A DNA stretch of 63,479 bases, counting the filler, from Hyphochytrium catenoides (Eukaryota > Protista > Hyphochytriomycota), in NCBI GenBank assembly GCA_900088475.1. It is 9 parts of 9 records of this genome, joined end to end, with 100 filler letters (N's around TTAATTAATTAA, not from the genome) between each part and the next. Parts side by side here need not be neighbours in the genome. Positions count along the whole stretch, not along the records: positions 20,269 to 44,921 come from FLMG01003078.1; 8 more parts are not named here. The stretch is one strand, 5' to 3'. The position numbers and the translations under genes were made by a program. Within the stretch, counting starts at the first letter, position 1, and every line of letters begins with the position of its first letter. The notes beneath the pieces are model-generated. The model had not been told where the DNA came from. It did not search any database and saw only the letters and a program-made list of their open reading frames with translations. This document shows positions 21,514 to 40,213 of the stretch, piece by piece.

Positions 21514-22512
21514 ATGGCGGCTGTACTCTCTTCCCCTACCGCCGCAGAGACACAACCCTTCCTGATAAAGGTGCACTCTCCGAGGAGAGACAAAGGAGAT
21601 GACGAAGATGATCGCCGCGGCCTTCTAGGTTAGATAAGGCTGCTTGCTCTATCTTGTTACTTTGTCCCACACCTCTCCTGCCACCTCGCTGCTTATCTTT
21701 CCGGTGGTTCCTCTTTTTCCCTCTCTTTCTCTCTTCCACGGCCCGCTTCTCTCCCGCTCTCTGTCACTCTTACCCTCACTCTTCCGTAGCTCTCGATCTC
21801 TCTCTCAGTATTATGGTGCTCTAAATTCTTGCTTACTCTCTAAATCTTCTGCCCTTTCAGTCTGGTGCTAAGGTATATACACCCAGCTTCTTACTTTTGC
21901 CTGGAGTCTCCCTCTCTTTCTTTCCCTATCTACTTGGCCACTCATGGCTGGCTCAGACTCTGTCTGCTCTGTTGTGCAGGGTTGTTCCGCACCCGGTCTC
22001 AGCGTCCTCTCTTGTCTTCCTGTCTCCCATGTACAGCCTTGGAACAGCTGACCTGCTTGATCTCACCATCACTTCTTTCATTCTGCCGTTCTCTTCTACA
22101 TTTTTCATTCTCTCTTCGGGTCAATTCTTCCCCCTGCAGACGGTGAGATCAAGCCGGAGGTGAAGCTCTCTATCTTGACGCTCCTGCCCCTGACTCTTCT
22201 GCAGCTGTTGGGCGCTGGGCTAATCCTTCCCTACATGCCCCAGCTAAAAATACACTTCTTCGGAGGAAGGTAAGAGAGGGGTAGTCTGTCTTTTCCTTGT
22301 GCTCTCTCTCTGCTCTCTCTCTCTCTCTCTCTTCCTCCTCTTCGCTACTCTCTTTCTTCTGCCCCTAACTCTTTGGCCCACTGACTACATAGTTATACAA
22401 TGTACAATGTTCTGGTTGGCCATCGTCCACCACTTTCTAGAGTCCATTACACTGCGGCTTGGAAACAGCTGCTACTGTTTGTTTTTTTTCAATCCTTCCG
22501 TTCTTCTTCTTT

Positions 22513-22543
<31 letters not shown>

Positions 22544-25271
22544 TTTTCTCTTTCTCTCTCTCTCTCTGCGATTTTTCTTAGACTGCTACGTAGTTTCCTA
22601 CTATGCGTAGCCCTTAAACTTTTCCTTTCTCTATCTATTCTCCCTCCTTGTAGTGCGAGAGCAGCGAAAATCAGCGGCATCTTTGACTCTCTCGCCAACT
22701 TCTTCGGCTTCTTCTCTGCTCCGGTCGTGGGGAAGCTCTCTGACTGCTATGGGAGAAAGCCTCTCATCGTTTTCATCGTCATCGTGGGGAACATTCCTCT
22801 TCTGATGCTCCTTCTCTTCCCTGAGAACCTCTATGTTTATTACGGCTCCTACCTTCTGGTGGGAATCGCCGGCGCTGGGGTGGGCAGTAACTCGCTGTTC
22901 TCTGCCTATCTCGCGGATATATACCCTGGCAAGAAGGTTAGCAGAATGTCTCTCCTTCGTCTCTCATCGTCTGTCGTGTGACTCCCTCTCTTCTCTCTCC
23001 TCTTCGCTTCCTGTTGTCTTCTCTAAAGTAGTTGTGCGTTTATACCTGACCGTGGCGGACACTTCGGCCCTTGCACCTCCATCCCTTTCCCTCTCCTCTG
23101 TAGTCTCTCTCTTCTATCTATCTATCTAGCAATATCTCACATATACGCACACATTCTCTCATTCTCTCAACATGCACACAGAGAATCGTGGCGTTTGGGC
23201 GCCTGATGGGAATTGCAGGAGTGGGACTCTTTCTTGGACCTCTCGTATCTCTCATTTTCTCCTACTTCAGCGTTCCGCAACCATTTGGTGTGCTCTGTCT
23301 CGTTGCCAACATTCTGTCGGGCGTATCAATCCTTCTCGCCCTGCTCCTTCCGGAGTCTCTCCCTCAAGGAAACAGAGCGCGGTTTGCCATGTCGGATGCC
23401 AATCCGTGCAATAATGTTCTCTCGCTTATGACAAATGACCTCGTCTGCTGTCTGGGGCTCATCCTCTTCTTCACTGGACTTGCGGAAGGAGGCATGACGG
23501 CTTCGCTCTGGTTCTATCTTGACGTCAAATTTGGTAAGAGAAAAGAACACACACACGCATACATACTCTCTCTCTCTCTCTCTCTCTCTTTACCGTGACG
23601 AATACATTCCTGCGCCAGGGGCTGCGGGCCAGTCTTTCTCTCTTGTGCTACGCGTTCCGTGCCTTTTCTCTTCGTTTGCTCAGCCTCTCCCCGGATTCTC
23701 TCACGCAGTAAGCCTTATCTTTGCAAGTTCGGTCCCCGTGTCTTTCGAAGCTTTGGCCACCCGATTCCCCTATCCTCTTACAGTCTCATATCTCGTCGTC
23801 CTTCTCCCTCCTAACCTGTGGCTCTCTTCTAGGCATTGACGCAAAGACTAATGCCATCATGCTCCTTTTGGTTGGAGTCTTCGCTTTTATTGTACAAATC
23901 TTCCTTCTAAAGCCTCTGCTGGAGAAGACAAGCGAGCTCTTCGTCCTCTTCTTCTCCCTCTCCCTCACCACGCTCCATATTTTTCTCTATGCTATCGCTT
24001 GGAGCCGCTGGGTAGTGTATGTTAACTGTGCCATGGCCAGCCTTACGTTCATTGCATCTCCTGCCATCTCGGGGATGCTCTCCAGACATCTGAGCAAGTC
24101 AGACCAAGGTACAGTGTGGACAGTCATGTGGTGATGTCCTCGCGAATTGTCCATCTCTGTCTCCCTTTCTGATTGTCTCTTCTCCCTTCCGGCTCTTTCT
24201 TTCTTCTCTCTTTAGCTCTGTCCTTGTCCTTCGATGTAGTGGCTTCTCTATCTACAAACATCGTTCATTTTATTCTTGGAACCGCCAGCACGTTCTTTTC
24301 ACCTCCGGGCTCTCTCTCTTTCTCTCTGTTGGGGCTGTTTCCTTAAATTTACCCTCTGCGTGATTTGCCTACCTTTTTTTCTCTCTTTACTCAGGTCCCC
24401 TTCTCACCTAGTTCTTCTTCTCTCGCGTTGTGTCTCTGCCAGGTATGGGTCTGGGCGTCCTGGCAAGCGTCAGAGGCGTGACGACAATGGTTGGGCCTGT
24501 TCTCTTTGGTTATCTGTACAGGTAGTGCCAACCCAGCTTAGAGTCTGAGCCCTAATCCTAACGCTGACACAGACCATTCTCGTCTTGTTGTTCTCTTCCC
24601 TCGCTCCCCGGATCATACTACACATAATTCCTCTTCCTGCGACGTTATGGCGATCTTCATGTATCTGTTAGTGTCTTGAGCCAGCCGCCTTTCGACTCTC
24701 CAGCTGCAGTTCTCTATATTGGGACCTTCTTGACGCTCATTCCCCTCATTCTGGCGGCGGCCTGGCTCCCCAAAGCTCTCAAGCAAGGTACATAAAGCAG
24801 TCGCGTATCACTCTGTTTCCCACTCTGCCTGTGCTTTCTCCACCTGTGAGACAATAGTTTGGATTGGATGTTCTCTTGCTTGGCCAACACTGCCTTTAAA
24901 GCAGTCTCTTTCTTTCATAACTCTCATTGGCTTGTTTGGGCTCTGTATCTCTGCGTGTGGTGATAGCGTTGTACCTTCCTGGGTTCCCTTCTTTTCCTTT
25001 GCCTTTGTTCTCATTCAGCTGTATGGCACTCTTATTGCTGGTGTTCTAACCTAGAAGGTTCTTCTGACTCACTCCATCTCCATCGCTCAATCTAGCGGAG
25101 GAAGCGCTTCTGTTGGAGAAAGCCCTGGCAGCTGCAAAGGAAGGTGTCCCTCTGAAGGTGGCAGATCCTTTTGGGAGAAGGGGAGAAGATGACAGTGAGG
25201 AGTGGGAGGAGACACTCAAGGAAGAGTTGGAAGAAGTGCCCCGGGATGTGGAGCAAGTGCGACATTTGTAG
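21514..25271 (+). CDS. Major facilitator superfamily transporter (TetA/HIAT1-MFSD14-like); multi-exon
   Basis: Motif A GKLSDCYGRK, AYLADI, GLFLGPLV, LLPESL, SPAISGMLS..LSKSDQGMGLGVLASVRGVTTMVGPVLFG and many hydrophobic helices. The first exon (ATG 21514) is tentative. Confidence 0.85.
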
Positions 25272-26015
25272 ACAGAGAGAGGAGACAGAGAGTGACCACC
25301 GTCGCTGCTCCCTACCCTCCCGCCATTCTTCTTTCCTCTGACGCTTTGCACCGATGCAAGAGCTGTTTCTTCGGCTTAAGATGCTCTGTTCCCCTCCATC
25401 TCTTCCAGACAAAGAGCAGAGTCAGTCCCTTCCCAGTTGACGCGAATCGTCTTTTTTGAACATCTTCCCTTCTTTCCAAGGTCCTCATCGTCCGGACACT
25501 GGTATAACTCGTTGACCCCCATCAGCTTTCAGTTCTACCCGCGGATTTTCCCCTCTCTCTCTCTTCCTGTCCTTAAGTGCTATGCCGCCTTGCTTTGTAT
25601 ATAGAGTCGACGCCTTGTACCTGTCCACAGGACACCTTAGTGTTAATTATAGTCAGGCGCCCTGCCTGGAGCTCTCCATAGAGCTAACTATCACTAATAA
25701 ATGAGCATTTCTAAACGCCTTGAGGAGTTTGCTGTCTCAGAGCCCTCTCCCTCTGTCGCCTTGAGTTGTTTGCTGTTTCAAAGCCCCCGCCCTCTGGGCG
25801 ACGGCCTCCATTGCTTCTCTTGTCGCTGCTGCTACAGTTGCTTTCTCGCGTTTACTCTACTTGATCTTCTCGTCACACTCCATGTTTTCCTATAAATGAG
25901 CTCTGACGAACACTTGTCTTAGTTGAAGTGTGCGTCCGTCCTCTGGCTGTTACTCTTCCTGTTAATTCTGCTGTCTTTGTCCTTCCCCTTACTTCTGGAT
26001 AGTTCGTGATCTCTC

Positions 26016-27438
26016 TCAGTGTATTGTCTGCCAGGGTAGAGGCGCCATGACGTCGATGTTGCCTCCACAGAGAATGACTCCAATATTCTTCAGCTCGCCT
26101 TCTGGGTCGACTTGAGGCAGTTTCAGAAGCACAGCTACTCCTACTGCGGCACTGGGCTCAATGGTCTGCACACCCAAAGGTTGGGCAAGCATGCAAAGAA
26201 AAAGAAATCTGAGAGAGATAATGGAAAGGAAGGGAACAAGGACCTTCCGTGCAGATGAAGCAGAGAGGCTGCAATGTAAAGAAGCACCAGATGGCCGTTC
26301 CTGGCCATTCTGTGAATGGCGACTATCCCTCTCCGAGTGTCATCAGAAGAGGTTTGGGCTATGCTGAAGGTTCAGAAGAGGCGAGAGACCTAAATCAGCT
26401 GCCAGGTAAGGAAGGCAGCGGGCAGAGTGAGGATGGGAATTTGCTCAGCAAGAGAGCCGACTATCAGACAAGTAAGAGGGCAGAGAGAGCGATAGCAGAA
26501 GGAAAGGATAAGAAGAGAGAAGCGTACAATCTTCATTCTCTCCCAAATGAGCTTCATAGCGGCTATGATCTCCTCCTCCTCCACCGTTACTATCCGATCC
26601 ATGAAGTCCCGCAGCACTGGGAAGGTATTGCTTCCTGAGTTCAGACCAAGGGATCGGCGGAGGCAAAGTGAGTGAGAAGGGATGGGATAGATGGCACAGC
26701 AAAAGAGAACGCTGTGTCGGTTAGTCCGCTGGCAATGGTCTCCATGCAAACAAGCAAAGGAGTTCATATAAACTTTCTAAAGAGGGGTATGGAGTTAGGC
26801 GAAAGCATGTACCCAAGGTACTCCTGAGCCCATCTGCTATAGTCTTCGGCGGAGTCGAGTGACCTCGTAGATCTCCAGCAAGAAGAGAGCAATAAGCGTC
26901 GGCCGCGCCTGCAGGCTCAGCTCCAATGATCTTTATCCCTGGTTGGAGATGCTGTGGGAGAGTGACAAGTCACAGAAAGATGTGAGAAAGAGGGAGGGGG
27001 ATATGTCACAGGGAATGGGGAAGTCAAAATGCGAGACTCCGAGTGCCGCAAGGTGGTAGTCCTGCTATGGTGTGGCACCATGTGTAGTCAAGGTCTTACC
27101 TTAGCTGCAAGAGCAATCCCTGAAGACAAGCCTCCTCCACCTACAGGGACGATAATTGCATCCAAAGCTTCTCCCAGTTCCTGCCAAGACAAGATAAGAA
27201 CCACGGCATACAGACCAGTTGAGAAATATCTGGTTGGTCATGCTATGCAGCTTCTCGCTTCTTTGGCCACTGAAACACCGTTTCTCTTCATCATAGCAAT
27301 TCACCTCAACCTCTATTCTTGCTCATATACACTATCTCTTCGAGGTAGAACGATGAACCTTATGTCAGACCTTATCTGTTTTCCAGCCTGCTTCAGTGCT
27401 TCTGACCTTTCCGTGTTCATCTTCTTTTTCTCTGATCC

Positions 27439-27473
<35 letters not shown>

Positions 27474-29176
27474 ACGTTCTATCTGTCTATCTCTCTTAGT
27501 CGACAGCTTTCGCCCTGTTCTGATATCTCTTTCTCAATCTCTTGTCTCTTGGTCCTTGTTTCTGTATCGATCACCTTCATTTGGTCAAGAAACTCTATAC
27601 CAACAGTTCCCTGTCCAGCCATCGTTTCGGGGTCATTGGAGGGATGAATTAGCACTGCTCCAGGATGTGAGTCAAGCTGCTCCCTGCTAACTCGCTGATT
27701 GGGGAAGAGAGAGAGGTCAAAGAAAGAAAACAACGGCGTAGAGCGAGAAGAGACACCGGCCATGGCCGCCGGCCCATATTGGCAGGACATAGAGAAGCAG
27801 TGACCACCAGCTCCGAAAGAGTTGATCCGATGACAGAGGCAGCGAACAAATAAGAGAGAGAGTCTCCGATGTCTACCTCTCTGTCTGCATTCGTATTCTC
27901 TGATAGGACCACCGTGGCTCCATAGCTCTTGGTGGCAATCTTCTTGCTCTCATTACTGTTCTGAGGCTGTTGGCAACAAGGATAGGGTGCGAAGGTAAGT
28001 GCATCGCAGAGTGTGGGGTCTAAGATTAGGACGACGACATGGACTTCCCCGGCCATCTTTTAGAAGATCTCACCATCACGGTGATCGCTTTCTTTCCCAA
28101 TAATTTAGCCGCCAGCGCCACGGCCTAAGGGAGGAAGGAAGGAAGCGACAGAGTAGGCACCACAGGTGAGGTGACTTTTACGGAGAGAGCGGGTCGAGGT
28201 GAGTAGACTCCGCTACTAGCAGCGAGAAGAGGGCAATCGTGCTGCCAGTGCAGGCCAGCTGAGGTTCTTAGGCGCACCATAAAGCGTATAGATAGGGGAG
28301 AGATAGTAGCGGGCTGATCAACAGAAGAGTCTCACGACCGGAGAGGTGAAGAGGTGGAGACGAGTCTAAAGTTGACGGCTAGGCTGCGGAGCGAAAGGCA
28401 GCAAACGAATAGAGGGCTGACATAGAAGGGAGAAGACGGACAGGTACAGAGCGCAAGGGGGCGGTCAGAGAGACGCTGACGCCTCAGACCTGCGCATGGT
28501 TGCCGCTGGAGTGGGCGACAAAGGTCTCAGCCTCTTTCCCCTTTGTAAGCGCGGCATTGAGAGCGCCTCTGACTTTGAAAGAGCCAGTCTTCTGGAAGAG
28601 CTCACACTATGCACAACAGAGAGCGGGAGAAAAAGTATAAAGAGATAAGGTTCCCGAGTGAGACAAATATGTTGAGAGACACCGAGCATGGAGGCCCGTG
28701 GAGGTCAGTGGAAGGTCCAAAGGAGGCAGACACGCCAACAGAAAGAGTATGACAGCTAGCAGGCAGAATAAGCTTAGAGAGCAGACGAGACATGCCCACG
28801 AGGAGGTTCGCCCATAAGGCATAGAGAATAGCAGTTTATGGCAGAGGTGTCTAGACGAGGCGGAGCATCTACAGAGGAAGATCCTCCATCTCATTTTGCC
28901 TATCTTTATCCCTAGCTGGAGAGGGAATCCGGAGAGTCCGTTGCGCAGGCAGGAGACAGCGTTGCACAGGGACAGTGGGGAGGAAAGTGTTACCTTGAAG
29001 AACGCTCTAGGCTGCTGCTCTCCTTCCTTCTCTATCTTCTGCTTCTCATCCTTTAGCAGGCAGTCGATGCTGTCGCTCGTCAAGACTGGAGTCCGATGGA
29101 CCAGCTCTTGCAGCCGCGAATAGGCTGCCTCGATGTCAGAGAAAGAAATCGCGTAAGACTCTGGTGCTGAGCCCAT
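26016..29176 (-). CDS. SRR: PLP-dependent serine racemase / serine-threonine dehydratase family; multi-exon
   Basis: HRTPVLTS, FFKCELFQKTGSFKVRGALNA (PLP Lys), HSSGNHAQA, HPSNDPETMAGQGT, VPVGGGGLSSG, GAEPAGAADA, TIADGLR, IEPSAAV, ILCGGNID. Confidence 0.88.
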
Positions 29177-29390
29177 TGCACCCTGTCAGGGAGATCACTT
29201 GGCCGCTTCCCCTGGCCTTTCAAGGTCTGCTGCTGCTTCTGGAAGACGAAGACTAGTCAGAATTTAGATGCCATCTAACAAAGAAGCTCACGTTCGATTG
29301 CTCAGGAGACAGCATAGATCGACGATCGCACTTGCAGATTTGGACAGAGGAAAGGCAATGAAAAGCTTGGAGAGTGAAAGGAAGAGAGAA

Positions 29391-29461
<71 letters not shown>

Positions 29462-29885
29462 CNNNNNNNNNNNNNNNNNNNNNNNNNNNNNNNNNNNNNN
29501 NNNNNNNTGAGGACCTGCACGAGATACGAGGTTATCAAGTCAATTACACACAATTCCACAAAGACAGAATCAGTCCCTGTACCTACCTACTTAGCGTTAC
29601 CGGCTAAATATAACGGCACTATGGCTTGTGCGTTGTGGACCGACAGAGGCTGTTCGGTGCGAGAGGGAGGTACAACAGGGAGAGCAAAGGAACAGAGAGA
29701 ATTTATTTCCACAGAAAGGCGCAGTCTCAAAAGAGAAAATCGATCTCTTTTCGCCTCCATTTCTGAAGCTTTTTCATCGGCCATTTGCGCTCTCTGCATG
29801 CCAGCAAGGAAGTGAAGAGGATAAAGACGCTTTGGCTCTTCTTGCACTAATTATAAAGACAGCAGGGCAAGGCTATGACAGTGAG

Positions 29886-32076
29886 ATGAAGCTAGCTGTT
29901 GGAGTCTCTGCTGCTGTGGCGGTTGGGGCCATCTTGTACGGTCTTCAGCATTACCTCTCAACAAAAGGTAAGCAAATAGGAATACGTACCAGATGCCGGG
30001 ACCTTACAATATATACTTGCAGAGCATGGCGGGCGGACTAGCACCAGAAGAAAGAGAAAGGTAAGAGCTGTCTGTCGTGAGAATCGCGTTTCCGGAGTTG
30101 GAGAGAGCGTTTTGAGAGGACTCGAGGCATATGGGCATTAACCTCTTCATTGGCCACTCGTCTGTGCTAGGGTCTTGATGCTAGGAGGACGGAGGAAGCT
30201 TCAGATCCTGATTTGCAGAAAAAGTTTGACGAAGCAGTTACCCGCAGTCGGTCGCTTAACATCCCGGACTCCATGGTAAGGGCTCTTCGAATGCAATTCG
30301 TTAATTGAAAGTTAAGAGCGTATGAGTGCAGAAACTGTGTCTCTACGGGCTCTACAAGCAGGGAACGGTCGGAGACTGCGCTACAGAGAAGCCTGCCTTC
30401 TGGGATATGGTTGCAGTTGCAAAATGGTCAACTTCGCTGCCCCTTACCTTCATTCTTCGATTGCTCCTTTCGGTTCGTATCTGCCTTCGCATTCCTTCTT
30501 ATCCGTCATTTGTTTATTTTCCTTTCTTTCAGTTATCTATTCAATGCTCGTTGTTTGACATCATGCAGGGACGCCTGAGAGGAACATTGATTGACCGTGC
30601 TATTGTTTGAACGTCATGCAGGGATGCTTGGAAGGAGTTATCTGGCATGCCATGCCAAGAAGCCCAGTCCGCGTACGCGGCGTTAGTTGCAGAACTTTCT
30701 GAGCAGCCAAGTAAGGGGAAGCAAGGCCAAACACGGCCGGAGAGCAAGGGTGGAGAGGGCTTAGGCATGTCAGTCAGTCTCCCTCAAGTCAGGTAAGCCC
30801 GCGGTCAGTGCAAAGGAGGACAAAAAGAGTTTGCTAAATTTATGCCTACTGGATCTCCATTGGCACTGTGCAGTGATGACCCTCGGGACTGGGAAATCAT
30901 TGATGATATCTTCCATCACGCGAGCGTAGGTGATATGGATAAGGTATGAAAGCTAAAGGGTGGACGCAACATTTGGAAGAGTAGGAGTGTATATATACTA
31001 GCTGTTTATGAAGAGATATCGAGACGATTCAAGGATTAAGCGGCAGTAGAGGGTATGCATATCTATTTGCTTGCGTTGCTGGAGCCGATAGAAGAGGGAT
31101 GGGTGACGACAAAAGGTCCAATCGTAACGAAGCATATAGAAGCGAAGCTTTGGCAGGAGAGATCTTTATTGACGGCGACAAAGGAGGGGTGAGATTGAGA
31201 GAGCGAATGAGTCTATGGGCATCTAGAGTTCCACCATCCTGCGGCCTCGCGTACCTCTAAGAGATTCTGTAGGTGCTGCAGTGCTTGGACTCTGGCGTCG
31301 ATATTGACAGTCAGGTACGAGAGACGGTCAGATAGAGAAAAGAGGATTTAGTGCAAGCGAGGCAACACTGATCGGCCCCTCCATGCAGGATGTTGGAGGC
31401 AGGACGCCCCTCCACTGGGCTGTGGACCGACAAATGACAGATTTGGTGAAATGCTTGTTAGGAAGAGGAGCTCAGATCGATGTGAAGGTAGCTTTTGCGC
31501 TGTCACCCCGTTGCCGTTCTCTTGCTATGGAATCGAGTTTTAATCGTAACCTGTAGGACGGAGAAGGCATGACGCCGTTATATTATGCTGTGAACTGCGA
31601 ATATCCAGACATCGTTGAACTCCTGGTATGTGATTGTTGGTCTGCTGCTGTGCTCCTGCTCACTGGGTTGACCCTGTTCACTGTTTCTTACCTCGCGTTC
31701 TTCTTCTTGCAACTTGCAACTTATCGGAAGCTTAAGATGCTTACCTTACTCACTATGAGATGGGCCTTGCCGCTTTTGCTACTGCACTGCGGTCTCTTGA
31801 CTTGTCAGCCTTTCTTGGCACCCTCAGTATGCAATATGCAAGCTTCTTCTTAACAGTTGGGATCTCCTGACATACTAAGCTTTTCGTCTGCCGATCCTGT
31901 GCCAATCTCATTATTACCTTCTGTAGCTGGAAGCTGGGGCAGATCCATCAGTTGCGGATAATCAAGGCGAAGCTCCTGCGGTCTTGGACACCAGCGAAGA
32001 GATACAGCAGCTTTTGGCGAAGCATTTATTAGAGAGAACGACCTCCATCAGCGTTAGGAGACCGGAGGGGTCGTAG
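29886..32076 (+). CDS. Acyl-CoA-binding domain protein with N-terminal signal anchor and C-terminal ankyrin repeats; multi-exon
   Basis: ACB: KLCLYGLYKQGTVGDC..KPAFWDMVAVAKWDAWKEL. Ankyrin: GRTPLHWAVDR, GMTPLYYAVNCEYPDIVELLLEAGAD. N-terminal hydrophobic AVGVSAAVAVGAILYGL. Confidence 0.9.
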
Positions 32077-32730
32077 GCCTTTGTTATCGTCTAGGGGACC
32101 CCGCTCGAAGGCATTGTGCGCTCCTGGATCATTAACTTCTGTCTCCATAAGGCGTATCCCACATCTCTCCTCTCCTCTCTTGCTTCTGAGCTGTGGCGTG
32201 GCTGATACTAGGCTGTACAACTGTTATTTTGTAGGGGAAGGCCACCTCGGCCCTACACGGCATAGTTTCACCCTTTATCTTGCAGGGTTAGGAGAGTCGG
32301 CCCTTTGAGCATAGCTCTTTGGTGCTATCTCAATTTCAAGTATAATAGATGCGCACAGTGTCCCAGGTTCTTCGGGTGCTGATCTACTCATCTCGCTCAC
32401 CCGCTATTGCCGTCAACACCGATATCCGCGTCTTATCTATGTGTTGGACCGCTAGAGGGGCCATGAGGGCGGGGACGAGAGAATGTGCGCCAAGAGAGAA
32501 GGAGACCCCTGGCTAGAAAAGACATGGGGTTATAAGCCCGTGCTAAGAGAAGAGAGAGAGAGAGAGTAGCGTTCCGCAGCCCGCAGATAAACAAATGCCT
32601 CTCGATTAGAGTTCAAAAGAAGGTAGAATAATAGGAAACTGGTCAGGTTGACTACTTCGATCTCTCCATCCTCCTGCCTCTTCTCTCTCCGTCGCTGTAT
32701 CAACATCACGAAGAGGAAGAGCCCACCAAG

Positions 32731-39011
<6,281 letters not shown>

Positions 39012-39542
39012 GACTTCCTCTGTTGCTAATGAAGGGAGGACAGACGGCTTGCGTCCAGCACACTTTAGGTCTCTCTCTCTGTCTCGGTCTCGCTGTGTGT
39101 CTCAATGTCTCTCTGTCTCTCTCTCTCTTCAACCTTGCTCTATCTTTTCATTCGCCTTTGTCTGCACTACTTCAGCCACCTGGTGCAGGGACGAACAAGA
39201 TTGGTCGTGTATCTTTGTCCAGAGAGCTGCGGCGGCAAGTCGATGCTGAGCGGAGAGACATAACCTAGCGCCTCTCTCTCTCACACACACACAGAGCTTC
39301 TCCTTTCCCCGCTGCTTGATCTCACACTCCTCTCTGGTGCCCACTGCTGGTGCACTCCTCCCTTCTTTCCCGATGCCCTCCCGTTCAGGATGTGTTATTA
39401 CGAGCCCGAGACAGTCCGAGAGACAGACAGTCAAAGGACAAGATGCTTCATTCAAGCTTCAACAGGGACTTCGGTTTGATAGAATCTGACAGAAGATAGA
39501 CAGAGAGGCGGGAGAGAGGAGGAGGAGAGAGAGAGAGAGAGA

Positions 39543-39579
<37 letters not shown>

Positions 39580-40213
39580 GAGAGAGAGAAGAAGAGAGAG
39601 AGAAAAAGAGAAAGAGAGAGAGAGACAGACAGCGTATGCCCTTTCTAGACTGCTGGGGGAAGGGAGGAACCTCAAACGCACTGATAGCCGCTAACGACCT
39701 CTGGATTTGGCTGGAAGGTTACAGTTGTACCAATTTTAACCTTCGGCAATTGATTGCTATTTACGGTTATCCTATCATGGTTATCCTATCATTTTCATTG
39801 TTGACTATGGAGGAGGTGAGCCCATGTTGCTATTTTGGTGAACAGGCACCTGCCCTTAACTTCGGTAAGTTCATTGTCAGAAAGTTCCAATGGTATATTC
39901 AGCAAGAATCACTGTTTCCCACAACCCCTTGTGTCTCTCTCTCTGCTCTCTGCTCGCCCTCGAATTCCTTGGTCCGTTGCGGCTTGTCAGGCCCTTCTGC
40001 ACTCTCTCTCTCTCTCTCTCTCGCGCGCGCACTCTCGGCATACGTGCGCGTACTTGCGCTTGCTTCCTCTCTCTCTCCTCTTCGCTCTTCCATCCGCTAG
40101 GATTACCTGCTTGTCAATCACTCTCCCTATCTACATGTGAAGAGATCGCCCTCTTTGGGTCTCTTTCTCTCTGTCTGTCTCTCCGTCGTTCGCTGCCCAT
40201 TCCCGACGACTTG

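Noticed and set aside
27180-27575. Universal rule that introns are CT-rich on the sense strand
   Set aside because: True for most MFS, GH13 and MAPK introns, but this SRR intron and several others are GA-rich on the sense strand, so it is only a tendency.
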